From a virus (lineage: Duplodnaviria; Caudoviricetes): DNA of 63,588 nt. Of this stretch, positions 45,647-55,462 are shown in pieces. The position numbers and the translations under genes are program-made. Position 1 is the stretch's first letter. Each line of letters opens with the position of its first letter. The notes beneath the pieces were generated by a model, which was not told the origin of the DNA, ran no database searches, and was given only the letters and a program-made list of their open reading frames with translations. The DNA lies in the IMG/VR virus record IMGVR_UViG_3300017700_001004, positions 1 through 63,588 of that record; one strand, given 5' to 3'.

Positions 45647-46080
45647 CGGTCGGCTCCCTCTCCGATACCGCGCATCTTCATGTCGATGGCTCGGACGGTG
45701 TGCTTGACCTCGTCCAGCGACTTGTCTGTGTGGACCTGATGTGCCCTGAGGCTGTCGGCGAGGTGCTCGATCGACTTGCCCATGCCGACTACCGCACTCG
45801 CGACATGGGAGAAGCCCTCGAGAACCTTCTCGACCCGGTCGATCTCTCGGCGTCGGTCGGTCCTCTCCGTCGTCATGTGCTCAGTGAGCTCCTTCCTGAC
45901 CTCCGCCACCATGTCCTCAGCCTTTCCGTGACTGCCGCTGACACGTGTGTGGAGCTCCCTGATCTTCTCCTCGGTCCGTGTGTCCGAGGCGGAGATCTGG
46001 GCATGCACATACGCAATGCAGCCAGCAGTCATCGCCAGTGCGGTCAGCCCGATGCCGACCCATGCAGATACGTCCCCCAC
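45643..46080 (-). CDS. 1-TM coiled-coil protein, holin or antiholin candidate
   Basis: AGGAG RBS before GTG; N-terminal TM. Confidence 0.55.
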   Translation of the reverse strand: MGDVSAWVGIGLTALAMTAGCIAYVHAQISASDTRTEEKIRELHTRVSGSHGKAEDMVAEVRKELTEHMTTERTDRRREIDRVEKVLEGFSHVASAVVGMGKSIEHLADSLRAHQVHTDKSLDEVKHTVRAIDMKMRGIGEGADR

Positions 46081-46090
46081 TCGAATTCTC

Positions 46091-46420
46091 CTAGCAGATG
46101 AGATAAACGAAGCCGTCATCTGTGGCGGCTCCACCAATGGACCGGAGCACCTCGACCCCGATCCAGGATGTGCGAGAGGCACCAGCACCATCATGCAGTG
46201 TCTCCGCACCAATCCACGACAGACGGGCAGCGCCCGCGCCATCGTGCAGTGTCTCGGCACCAATCCAGGACGTCCGTGGCGGGGGGACGCTGATGGTGAC
46301 CGTGAGTGTGTATCCGGCATAGACGAGGCTCGCCGGGCCGAGTGTGTAGTTGGTCGCGACCCCGGAGCCGGCAGGCACCGAGGCGACGGGAAAGGATCCG
46401 ACTGGGCTGAAGCCCGCCAT
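46091..46420 (-). CDS. Small tail-associated protein with 17-aa repeats
   Basis: RTSWIGAETLHDGAGAA repeated about 2.6 times. Confidence 0.65.
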   Translation of the reverse strand: MAGFSPVGSFPVASVPAGSGVATNYTLGPASLVYAGYTLTVTISVPPPRTSWIGAETLHDGAGAARLSWIGAETLHDGAGASRTSWIGVEVLRSIGGAATDDGFVYLIC

Positions 46421-46423
46421 GGC

Positions 46424-47236
46424 TTATGGGATCCCGCGAAGAACGGCATACGACCCTGCCACCATGGCGCCAGATCCGCCGATCGTGAGGAAGTCGATGG
46501 ACGTGATGGCAGCCGTCGACCTCCACCCTCCGGTGATGTGCATGACATACTGGCTGTATGTCGTGGTCGAGTTCGGCCACTTGTACGCTCTGGCGTGTAT
46601 CGACTTGTGGAACGACGTCTGGGAGTATCCCGGAAGCTCGATCAGGAAGCCAGCGGCCTGACCCGCCGGGAAGCTGGTTCCCGGTAGCGTTCCCACATCG
46701 TTGAAGGACGTCTGCGCCAGTGAGTTGCTCGCAGTGTTCGTGGTTGCCGTGGCATACTGGCGCTGGAAGTCGTAGATCGCGCTCGAGCTGCCGTTGAGGC
46801 GCCACGTCAGAGGGGTCGCCGCCGCCACCGTCTGCAGGCGTCCGTACACCTCCAGCTGCAGGGAGGTGAAGTCCTGCGGGATGTCCGAGAACGAGAACGA
46901 TGTCTCGCCACCCGCGAACACCTTCTTCTCGATGACCTGAGGGCTGTCGGATGCCTTCGCCACGGAGGCAATCGTCGCCGATCCGGAGAGGTTGAGGAGA
47001 GCGCCAGTGGACGAGGCGATCAGGCCGCGCGTGACCGTGCCCGCGCCGGAGTCGTAGACGCCCTCGCCGATCTCCCATGCGGTGCCGTCCTCGATGAGGT
47101 AGGAGTACTTGCGGGTCGTGCCGAGCGCCCCGGCGGCGGACCAGGACTGGAACGGAGAGATGGTCGAGCCGAGGGTGACCGTGCCGGTGCCGGTGGTCGC
47201 AGTGTTGGCCTTGGCCCTGTTCAGAATGAGACTCAT
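46424..47236 (-). CDS. Tail fibre-like protein
   Basis: NRAK..T.TTGTGT.TLG..WEIG.G N-terminus; FSDIPQ.F..L..W.STAAITSI C-terminal domain. Confidence 0.7.
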   Translation of the reverse strand: MSLILNRAKANTATTGTGTVTLGSTISPFQSWSAAGALGTTRKYSYLIEDGTAWEIGEGVYDSGAGTVTRGLIASSTGALLNLSGSATIASVAKASDSPQVIEKKVFAGGETSFSFSDIPQDFTSLQLEVYGRLQTVAAATPLTWRLNGSSSAIYDFQRQYATATTNTASNSLAQTSFNDVGTLPGTSFPAGQAAGFLIELPGYSQTSFHKSIHARAYKWPNSTTTYSQYVMHITGGWRSTAAITSIDFLTIGGSGAMVAGSYAVLRGIP

Positions 47237-47691
47237 GGTGCGCTCCAATCGAGAAGGCCGCTGACGCTCGGCGTGTACTGAAGTGTCCCGGTGAGGGCAC
47301 TGATGGATCCGCCTCCGGTGTCCATGTCGCAGAAGCAGAGGAGATCCTTGTTCGTCGCCGTGTCGCTGTAGATGGCGACGTACTTGAACGTGATCGTGCC
47401 GGAGAGCGTCCACCCGAACGCGTCGGCGTCCCATGTTACCGTGCTGCCAGACCGGGTGAGCGTGACCGTTGTCAGGGCCACGCCCCCGGCGGTGTATCCA
47501 CTCGCGGTCGCCAGCTCGGCGGTCAGGTCGGCGTAGCGCCCATCAGTGGACGCCCCGGCGAAGGTCTTGCTGATAGCCTGCGTCGACGCGAGGAGGACAG
47601 CCTTGAAGGTGTCCGTCGTGAGGTCGATCGTCCCGTCCGCAATCTTGTCGAGTGCGAGGTCGAACCAAGTGAGTGGTCCCTGTGTCGCCAT
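47233..47691 (-). CDS. Tail structural protein
   Basis: IDL.TDTFKA.L..GYTAGG..WDA; tail context. Confidence 0.7.
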   Translation of the reverse strand: MATQGPLTWFDLALDKIADGTIDLTTDTFKAVLLASTQAISKTFAGASTDGRYADLTAELATASGYTAGGVALTTVTLTRSGSTVTWDADAFGWTLSGTITFKYVAIYSDTATNKDLLCFCDMDTGGGSISALTGTLQYTPSVSGLLDWSAP

Positions 47692-47694
47692 GGT

Positions 47695-48753
47695 CTAGCT
47701 CGCCAGCTTGGGCCCGATCTGCAGGGCGTCGACGGCTGCGCCGGTCCACGCGACGCTGCCGTCGGGATTGAGGTTGAGGAGGCGCGGATAGTGGCTGTAT
47801 GTCGCCGAGAGAGCAAAGGCCGTCCCGTCGCTGTTGGTCGCTCCGCTCTTGAGGCTGTTGTACTGTGTCCTCGCGGTCGCGTCGGTCCTCCTCGGGAAGG
47901 AGACAATCTGCACCGCGTCGATGGTCCCCGGCGTGGAGCTGAGATTGGCGATGTCGTAGAGGTCCTGATTGCCGACGGTGCTCGTCTCGACGTAGGTCGT
48001 GTCTCCGTCGACAACGCTCTCGTCGACCATCGCGTAGTTGTCTGTTCCGGACAGCGCGGTCCACTGCTTCTGGGCCGTGTCGGAGGTCGGCCGCAGGGTC
48101 TCGATGCGGCGGATACCGAGGAAGGTGGCCGCGTCCGTGACATAGAGATCATCGAAGTAGTTGCTGCCTCCACTCAGCGCGGAGTTGTAGAAGTAGATCT
48201 CGTCGACCAGAGCCACGCCCGATCGTGCCGTCGTGACACCCGTGGCCGAGCCGGCAGAGGCACCATCGATGAAGAGCTCGATGCTTCCGGTCCCGGCTGT
48301 TCCCATCGTGAACACCAGACCCATGTGGTACCACGTGGCTGCTGCGATGGGGACAGTTGTACGGAACATCTCAGCCGTGATTGTTCCGGCGGCGCTGTAT
48401 GTGTTGACGACAAGAATGCCCGTCGAGAGGAGCTGGATGCCGAACTGGAACGCACCAGCATTGCGGAAGTAGACAACGGCTGAGCTACTCCTGGTCGACA
48501 TCCCAGACACACTGGTCGTGTAGAAGTGGAACCCAACACAAGATGTTGAGACAGTGGACGGGAGAACACGAGAGAAGTAGCCGATGTTAAACTGGACGTC
48601 TCCGATGACACGGAGAGCCTGTCCATTCGTGAATGGTGTCGTCGTGGTCGTTGTGTACTGGCCAGTCTGGCTGGTGATCCAGCGAGACTGCAAACCGATC
48701 GCGGCCTGCACGCCATTGTACATGTCGAAGCCATCCATGAAGACAACGGCCAT
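47695..48753 (-). CDS. Virion protein with LamG/ConA-like domain (paralog of 54347..55462)
   Basis: FMDGFD, WYH..ELFIDG, YFDDLY, NP.G..WT..V. Confidence 0.7.
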   Translation of the reverse strand: MAVVFMDGFDMYNGVQAAIGLQSRWITSQTGQYTTTTTTPFTNGQALRVIGDVQFNIGYFSRVLPSTVSTSCVGFHFYTTSVSGMSTRSSSAVVYFRNAGAFQFGIQLLSTGILVVNTYSAAGTITAEMFRTTVPIAAATWYHMGLVFTMGTAGTGSIELFIDGASAGSATGVTTARSGVALVDEIYFYNSALSGGSNYFDDLYVTDAATFLGIRRIETLRPTSDTAQKQWTALSGTDNYAMVDESVVDGDTTYVETSTVGNQDLYDIANLSSTPGTIDAVQIVSFPRRTDATARTQYNSLKSGATNSDGTAFALSATYSHYPRLLNLNPDGSVAWTGAAVDALQIGPKLAS

Positions 48754-51380
48754 CAGCGATACCCCACAATCGAGCCAAAGAGCCGCCCGGTCATCCCGTT
48801 CAGGGACGCGGGCAGGACGATCTTGGCGGTCTGGTCTGCGGCGACAGCCGTGCTGCTCGCCTTGATGAAGGTCGCGACGTTCGACGATGCGGCGAAGCGG
48901 ATCGTGCCCACCGAGACACCGTTGACCTGCAGATCGAAGTCAGTCTGTGCAGACGGAGCCGTGCCGGTGTTCTTGACGGTCGCGTCCGGGAGCGACGCGG
49001 GCATGGTCCACGCGACACCACTCGCGAACTCGCAGAAGTCGGCCCCGAGAGTGCCCGATCCGAGATCCTTGTCGAAGCCGAAGCCATAGGGCGCGGTCCC
49101 CGAGACAGGTGTCAGGTCGACCCCGGCGGTGTTCGCGCTGGAGCCGACAGCGTTCACGGCCACGAGGAAGTATGTGTACACCTGCCCCCCGCTCACCGCA
49201 GAGTCCGTGTACTCGGAGGCGGCAGCCGTCGTCGTCCCGATCAGGACCGCCGAGCCGAAGGGCTGGGCCGAGCCGACCGCCCGCCAGACCTGATAGCCCG
49301 TCACGTTGTCGTTGACGGAGTTCTGTGTCCAGGTGAGCTTCGCGTATGTCGTGCCGGTCGTGCCGCCCAGACCAGTGGGGGTGGCGGGGAGGCCTCCCGT
49401 GCCGGTGCCGAAGCCGGTGCCGGTCGGAGTGTAGGTGTACACCGTGACGGAGGAGATGTCCTCGACACCGCCGCCGAAGATGTTGTACGACTGGAACTTG
49501 AGGTAGAGCGTCTGCCCGATGTACGCCTCAGGGAGGTCGTACTTGAAGACTGCGTCGTCCAGACGAGCGAACTGCGTGCCGGTCGCGTGGGATCCGATGG
49601 TCGATCCGTACAGGCCGCGATACAGGTTGTCCGCATCGTAGAGGTCGGCCCCGGTCAGGGTCACGTCCTCGTAGGAGAGGAGCTCGCCGTCGACGTAGCT
49701 CAGAGTCACGCCCGCCGCCGCGTCGGCCGCACTCGCCGCGTCCTCCAGCTCTCCGTTGCTCATGGTCATGTCGAGCTGGAGCGTGTGGACCGTGTCGGGG
49801 TTGGCGCCACCGTATGTCGCGAGGGTCGACGTCAGCTTGCCCTGACGCGCGGCCTGCGTGATGTCGCCGATCTGGTTGAAGGTCACGTTGTCTGTGCTGA
49901 TCCAGACGTAGCACCCGCCCCAGTTCGGGTTGTATGTCGTGCCGTTGCCGCCGGACACCGCCGCCCAGACCTGAGGCACGGACGAGAGGGACGCGGGCGG
50001 CTCGAAGATCACCGGAGGATTCACCGGGCCGGGGCTGACGGCGGTGTTCACCGGGGTGTTGGCCACCGGCTGGGTGGTGTTGGTCGAGTTGGTCGAGATG
50101 CTCGAGGGGTACTCCTCGGCCACGATCCGCAGCTCGTCCTGGTCGGTCTCGTCGATCTCGCGGATGAGGACGTTGAAGGTGCCGAGCTCGGCGTCCGTGC
50201 ACTCCAGGACGTCCATCGGCTCGAGCCGGCAGAACTTGACGGGCAGCGTGAATTCGAAGGTGTTGCGGATGTATGCCTTGCGCTGGCCCATGTAGGTGAC
50301 CATGATGGCCGCCATCTCTGGGTCGGTGATCTCCTTGGCGTCGAGCGTGTCGGCGTTCTTGAGCTCGTACTGGTCGATGAGACCCTGATCGCGCCACGGA
50401 ACAGGCAGATCGTTGTACTCGTTGTCGCGATTGGAGATCACGATCGAGAACGAGTTGAAGGCGTCCGCCGGGTCGGTCCGATTGAACTTGATCGGATCCT
50501 CGCCCCGGCTGTAGACGTAGTCGTCGTCCGTGAGCGAGTAGCGCACGGGGAAGTCGGGCAGATAGGTCACGCCATTGGCGGTGATCGTGTCCGGACCGTA
50601 GGGGTGGAACTTGAGGGCGTAGCCTGTCCAGACGATGGCAGTGTTGAAGAGGTCGGCCCAGCGGTTGATGATCTCGCTCGCCTGCTGCTGGCTGGAGAGG
50701 AACGGCGAGAAGGCGAAGCCCATTGCCTGGCAGTATGTCTGGAAGGTGCTGTCGCCAGTCGTCGGTGCATCGACCGTCGACATCAGGTTGGAGAGGATCG
50801 CGGTGTTGAAGCCGACCCCGTGCGTCGGGTCGGCGAGGAAGTCCTCGATGACGAGCGCCGGGTCTGCATCGGTGACCGTGCCGCCGACGCCCGTTCCCTG
50901 GAGCAGGGCCTCGACCTCGAAGCTGTGCTGCGGGAATGCGTTCGACTGGCCGAGGTCGTAGTTCTGGACCGCGAGATACGCGATGTCCGGATAGCCGAGC
51001 GCCTCGGTCGGGTGGGCGGTGGTGAGGTAGCCCCAAGGGGCCTGTGGGTTGGTGCCGGTGAAGAGCGAGAAGCCGAGGGCCGTGTAGTCGGTCTCCTTCG
51101 ACTGGTCCTTCCAGACCCGCGTGATGCCGCCGATCTCGCCCCAGCAGAGACCGACCTCGTACGAGCCGGAGTATGTGTAGCCGGTCGCGCCCTTGCCGCC
51201 ACCGCCCTTGCCGCCCTGCTTCTGCTTGTGGGACTGGAAGTCGCCCTGCCAGATGATGTTGCCAGCGCCTCGGTTCTTCCCGTACCAGAGACCAATCGCG
51301 ACCGCAGACGAGGAGGTCTGGATGGCGAGACCGGTGAACTGTGGCTTGACCTTGCTGCCGCCGCCGAAGAGAAGACTCAT
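48753..51380 (-). CDS. Tail tip / central fibre protein (GTA-like) with an FN3 domain
   Basis: P.HSFEV, LEP.D, RGLYGS..H..G..F.RLD, LKFQSYN..G; FN3 LTW..GY.VWR..YTD..YTY.LVAVN. Confidence 0.82.
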   Translation of the reverse strand: MSLLFGGGSKVKPQFTGLAIQTSSSAVAIGLWYGKNRGAGNIIWQGDFQSHKQKQGGKGGGGKGATGYTYSGSYEVGLCWGEIGGITRVWKDQSKETDYTALGFSLFTGTNPQAPWGYLTTAHPTEALGYPDIAYLAVQNYDLGQSNAFPQHSFEVEALLQGTGVGGTVTDADPALVIEDFLADPTHGVGFNTAILSNLMSTVDAPTTGDSTFQTYCQAMGFAFSPFLSSQQQASEIINRWADLFNTAIVWTGYALKFHPYGPDTITANGVTYLPDFPVRYSLTDDDYVYSRGEDPIKFNRTDPADAFNSFSIVISNRDNEYNDLPVPWRDQGLIDQYELKNADTLDAKEITDPEMAAIMVTYMGQRKAYIRNTFEFTLPVKFCRLEPMDVLECTDAELGTFNVLIREIDETDQDELRIVAEEYPSSISTNSTNTTQPVANTPVNTAVSPGPVNPPVIFEPPASLSSVPQVWAAVSGGNGTTYNPNWGGCYVWISTDNVTFNQIGDITQAARQGKLTSTLATYGGANPDTVHTLQLDMTMSNGELEDAASAADAAAGVTLSYVDGELLSYEDVTLTGADLYDADNLYRGLYGSTIGSHATGTQFARLDDAVFKYDLPEAYIGQTLYLKFQSYNIFGGGVEDISSVTVYTYTPTGTGFGTGTGGLPATPTGLGGTTGTTYAKLTWTQNSVNDNVTGYQVWRAVGSAQPFGSAVLIGTTTAAASEYTDSAVSGGQVYTYFLVAVNAVGSSANTAGVDLTPVSGTAPYGFGFDKDLGSGTLGADFCEFASGVAWTMPASLPDATVKNTGTAPSAQTDFDLQVNGVSVGTIRFAASSNVATFIKASSTAVAADQTAKIVLPASLNGMTGRLFGSIVGYR

Positions 51381-51850
51381 GCCGCATCCCTCCAGACAGA
51401 GTAGTGGCGAACGGGCCTCCTGAAGACAGGAGTGTTCATGACGCTGACCTCCTCGACCACGCGCGAGGGCGCGGATGCGTGGACCACGCAGGGCCACTCG
51501 GTGACAATGGCGCTGTGGCTGTATGTCCTGCCGACCCTCCAGACGAGGATGTCGCCTGCGGGGGGAGCGTAGCCCTCGTCGTCCCAGAGGTGGATCGAGG
51601 TGTCCTCGCGCAGGGGACTTCCGGCATAGCGCTCAATCGTCTGGAGATACCGCTCCTCGTCGCGGTGCAGGTGCCAGTCGCGCGTGTACTTGCCCGGATC
51701 GAAGCGCTCGATGAGACCGGCCTCGGCATAGACCTCGATCAGGATGCGCGCGCAGTCGACCCCGACGCCACGGATCGCGCCCCGGTGGTGGTACGGAGTG
51801 CCCACCCAGCTCCTGGCAATGTCGCGCACCAGAGCTCTCTGATCGGCCAT
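51377..51850 (-). CDS. Tail-associated NlpC/P60 peptidase
   Basis: ARSWVGTPYHH..GVDC, GD..SHSAIV..VVHA. Confidence 0.9.
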   Translation of the reverse strand: MADQRALVRDIARSWVGTPYHHRGAIRGVGVDCARILIEVYAEAGLIERFDPGKYTRDWHLHRDEERYLQTIERYAGSPLREDTSIHLWDDEGYAPPAGDILVWRVGRTYSHSAIVTEWPCVVHASAPSRVVEEVSVMNTPVFRRPVRHYSVWRDAA

Positions 51851-51852
51851 CG

Positions 51853-52779
51853 TCAAATTCCGGTCTCCGCAACAGGGGTGAACGGGAAGCCCTTGAACTT
51901 GCTCCGCCACGCGGGGTCGCCGTGATACTTCGGGCAGCCGGTGGTGGCGTCGTCCGTGCGCGAGCAGCCGGGGAACGCCACGAAGGCCGCGCCCGCGATG
52001 GGGTCGAAGTCCAGGGGATAGGCGAGATAGAGATGGGTGGCGGTCGCCCGAGCGATGGTGCGGACGCGCGTGACGCTGTCCCCATTCTCGATGTGGATCT
52101 TGCCCTGATTGTAGTCCGTGCTGGAGGACGACCACGGGAGCACGGTCCGGGTCGGCGACGCGCCGAGCACTCCAGCGACCGCCCAGTCGGTCTGCACGAT
52201 GCCGCAGGCCGGGTCGCCCCACGTGTTCTTGCAGTTCGGCTCCCAGAGGAAGGCCGGGGCCTGTCGGTTGAGGAGGACGAGGTCGGACTTGACGTTGACG
52301 GTGGCCGACTGGCGACCGACCGTCGAGAGCGAGGACACCAGACCGAGGAACATCGGGAAGCCACCCAGCCAGACAGTTCCCCCGTTCCCGTCGTTGCCGA
52401 AGGCCTCGGCGATGTAGCGGTCCCGGCGGATCGACGCCCCGTCCAGTCGGCCCTGGAGCAGGGCCTGAGGCCAAGTCAGCGCCGCCTGATAGAGCTGTGT
52501 GCCCGGATAGCTCATCTCGATCTGCTGCTCGTCCACCTCGACACCAAGATTGTTGTGGACGCGGAGACCCCGGATGAGCACCTGATTGCCGAAGTATGTC
52601 TGGCGGGCGACGTCTCCGACAGGGACGACGCTGACGTCCTGCTGGGCAGTCGTGTAGCGGAGCGGGTCGCCGATCTTCGGGATGAAGGTGAAGCAGTCGG
52701 CATAGACGAACTGCCCGGAGTTCATCGCGGCCTCGACCTCGGCCTCGGTGTGGCCCGGCTGTGGTGTGATCGGCCTCAC
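51853..52779 (-). CDS. Baseplate hub protein (DUF2163/BR0599-like)
   Basis: G.LDGA, C...GD..CG, PGC..C..F.GFPF.P. Confidence 0.85.
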   Translation of the reverse strand: MRPITPQPGHTEAEVEAAMNSGQFVYADCFTFIPKIGDPLRYTTAQQDVSVVPVGDVARQTYFGNQVLIRGLRVHNNLGVEVDEQQIEMSYPGTQLYQAALTWPQALLQGRLDGASIRRDRYIAEAFGNDGNGGTVWLGGFPMFLGLVSSLSTVGRQSATVNVKSDLVLLNRQAPAFLWEPNCKNTWGDPACGIVQTDWAVAGVLGASPTRTVLPWSSSSTDYNQGKIHIENGDSVTRVRTIARATATHLYLAYPLDFDPIAGAAFVAFPGCSRTDDATTGCPKYHGDPAWRSKFKGFPFTPVAETGI

Positions 52780-54347
52780 TGGATGACACTCTTGAAGCTA
52801 CACTCGTTGAGGTTCCAGAGCTTGTCGTAGAACTTCTCGAAGTCGAGGGTGTCCTCGAGGAACCTGCAGGCGAAGTAGAACTGGAAGTCCGCCGTCAGCG
52901 TCCCGGTCGGAGGGGCACTGTCGAAGACCACGAGGTTCGGAAGCGTGACTGTGTAGTCGAGGGGATCGATCTCGTAGCGATACGAGATGACGACCGCGTC
53001 GCTCTCGTCCGTCGCGCTGAATGTGTAGACCCCGGTGGTCTCGTTCACGGAGTACTGGCTCGCCGCCGGGGCGCTCGCGACCCGTGTCAGGGGGGTGCCG
53101 CCCTTGGTGACACCGAGATCCTCCACGAACGTCGCTGCCTCCGCGACAGTGATCGTGTAGGGGCCGGGCGTGGCCGGAATGGTCCCGGCCTCGTCGATCG
53201 AGAGATAGAGCGTGATGGTGTTCACGGTGTCCACCTGCCCGACCTTCTCGTGGAACTCGCCCATGGTCCGGCAGAAGGGGAACTGCGTCGTGACTCCATC
53301 GGTCGTGCCGCAGTATCCGTTGGTGACGAGATAGTCGTCCGGATCCTTGAACAGCCAGCTGTCGAAGCTGCCCTGCCGAGCGAGGAAGAAGCCCATGATC
53401 GTCTTGAGCGAGGAGTCAGCGCCGCTCCTGTCCTCGAGGAACTCGTAGGTCAGCTCGAACTCCCAGCGCGGATACTGGGCGAGGGCGTTGCGGACCTCGG
53501 ATCCGGAGGGTGCCTCCTTGATGTTCGTGTTGAACATCGGCCTCTTGTGCACAGAGAAGGCCAGACCTGGAAGGTCCGTGTTGAACGGGGAGGCCCCGGC
53601 GGGGACGGCGGGATCCGAGGCGGAGTTGCCGAAGCCAGGAAAGGGAATGGTGCTCATGGGAAGCTCCGGTGGGACAGGGTGGAGAGACTCCTGGACGAGG
53701 AGGGCGATCTGGACATTAGGATACCCCTCCGACAGGACGTCCTGCGTTATGAGTGGGACCTGCACGGTGGGCATGCCCTCGGACATGGCCTCCTGCACGA
53801 TCAGCGGAACCTGGACACTGGGGACGCCCTGCGAGGCGACCTCCTGCACCATCATGGGAACCTCGACGTTGCTCGTACCGGGGTCTGTTGCGCTGCCAGT
53901 CACGGTCAGCGGCACGATGTTGTCCGCCAGCCCTCCGCTCAGCATGAAGGTTCCCGAGAAGGCAGAGGATCCGGCAGTCCACGCCCTGATCAGGGCGTCC
54001 GTTGCCCCGACCCCGGACGCACTCAGCGTGGTCGCGGCGCGAACGAAGAGCCAGACTGTCTGCCCGTCCTCCACGCCGATCGGGTCGCCGGAGACTGCGA
54101 ACGTGTTCGTGCCCACGGCCACCGAGGAGAGGATGTCCGAGACGCCCATCAGGATGCCCGGAAGTCCGTCCTCGTCCGTGTACACCGCGCACTGGTGTGT
54201 GGCCGTGCGGGCGGTGGTCACGTTCAGCAGGTCGAACTGCGTGATGTACACGCGGCCCCCGGTCGTGTTCGTGAACTGGCTGCCCATCTGCCCGGAGGAG
54301 AGGTTCACCGCACCGCCCGTGCCCGTGGTGTATCCGAAGGTTGGCAT
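52776..54347 (-). CDS. Distal tail protein (DUF2460-like) with an N-terminal extension and 17-aa repeats
   Basis: P.FNT.I..SG.E.R..YPRWEF, FF.AR.G..DS.LF.DP.D, FYF.CRF..D. Confidence 0.82.
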   Translation of the reverse strand: MPTFGYTTGTGGAVNLSSGQMGSQFTNTTGGRVYITQFDLLNVTTARTATHQCAVYTDEDGLPGILMGVSDILSSVAVGTNTFAVSGDPIGVEDGQTVWLFVRAATTLSASGVGATDALIRAWTAGSSAFSGTFMLSGGLADNIVPLTVTGSATDPGTSNVEVPMMVQEVASQGVPSVQVPLIVQEAMSEGMPTVQVPLITQDVLSEGYPNVQIALLVQESLHPVPPELPMSTIPFPGFGNSASDPAVPAGASPFNTDLPGLAFSVHKRPMFNTNIKEAPSGSEVRNALAQYPRWEFELTYEFLEDRSGADSSLKTIMGFFLARQGSFDSWLFKDPDDYLVTNGYCGTTDGVTTQFPFCRTMGEFHEKVGQVDTVNTITLYLSIDEAGTIPATPGPYTITVAEAATFVEDLGVTKGGTPLTRVASAPAASQYSVNETTGVYTFSATDESDAVVISYRYEIDPLDYTVTLPNLVVFDSAPPTGTLTADFQFYFACRFLEDTLDFEKFYDKLWNLNECSFKSVIQ

Positions 54348-55462
54348 CAGGCATCGACCTTGAACCCTGCCTGAGTGCCGTTGGCCTCAGTGCCCGTGAA
54401 GAACGTCGCCGTGTCGGGATTGATCTCGATGATGTCACGGTGGACGGAGACGGTCTGGTTGAGATAGAAGTCCGTGCCCGGCTCGATCAGTGTGCCGGCA
54501 GGGGTCTTGAGAAGATTGTGCAGAACACGCTGCGTCGCGTCGTCCTGCCGCGCCCCGGTCCGAACCTGGATGGCGTGGACGTAGGGGGCGTTGACGTTCG
54601 GGTCGATCTCGTACAGGTCATAGTCGCCGACGGTCGGTGAGTAGACGAGCTTGGTGAGATTGAGGCTGGTGTTCTGGACAGACTGCCAGTTGGTCGCCGC
54701 CGGGGCCGAGCCGCCGATCAGGAAGTCGATGTTGTCGCCGTCGGCGGTGGTGAACTGCGTCTTGACGCGCACGTTGCCGAGGTAGCCATTGTTGACCGTG
54801 CCCGCAGTGTCGCAGAAGTACATGTCGTCGAAGTACTGATTCTCGACCCATGCGGCCGAGCCGGAGGAGTTGCGCCCGCGCATCCCGACCATGTCGAAGT
54901 AGGGGCGTCCGGTGGCATTCGTGTCGCTGGCGATGAGGTCGATGACGACCTTCGTGTTCACCCGGACCTGGACCTCGCCAGCCGTGTCGTGGATCTTGAC
55001 GTATGCCTCGAGGTAGAACCACGATCCCATGTAGAACGAGCCGGGGTCGGACGTGATCAGCAGGGTGCCGGAGAAGGGCGCTCCGCGATAGACATAGATC
55101 ATTCCGTTCGGGCGGCAGACGATGCTGATCTGGTTGCCCCCGCTCACCGCGTCGTAGAACGTCATCCCGAGCCAGCCGGTGTGGTCCGGCTGGACGAGGA
55201 TGCGATATCCCATGTATCCCTCGTCGAGCGGGCCGACGGGATAGTAGAGCTGGTTGAGCGTGTCGTACTGGGCGTCCGTGTAGTTGACCCGGAGTGAGTT
55301 GCCGTAGCTGAACGCAGTCGTCGTGTTGATGTCCCATGTCGCCGGGTCGCTCAGGATGCTCGACGCGAAGTAGTAGTGGGACTGGCCCATGAGGGCCTGG
55401 AAGGTGGCGTTGTCCGCCGTGGTGGGGAGCCAGTCAAAGCCCTCGATCAGCCGGAGTGTCAT
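54347..55462 (-). CDS. Virion protein with LamG/ConA-like domain
   Basis: IEGFD, WFYLE..G.VQVRVN, YFDDMY, NPDT. Confidence 0.7.
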   Translation of the reverse strand: MTLRLIEGFDWLPTTADNATFQALMGQSHYYFASSILSDPATWDINTTTAFSYGNSLRVNYTDAQYDTLNQLYYPVGPLDEGYMGYRILVQPDHTGWLGMTFYDAVSGGNQISIVCRPNGMIYVYRGAPFSGTLLITSDPGSFYMGSWFYLEAYVKIHDTAGEVQVRVNTKVVIDLIASDTNATGRPYFDMVGMRGRNSSGSAAWVENQYFDDMYFCDTAGTVNNGYLGNVRVKTQFTTADGDNIDFLIGGSAPAATNWQSVQNTSLNLTKLVYSPTVGDYDLYEIDPNVNAPYVHAIQVRTGARQDDATQRVLHNLLKTPAGTLIEPGTDFYLNQTVSVHRDIIEINPDTATFFTGTEANGTQAGFKVDA

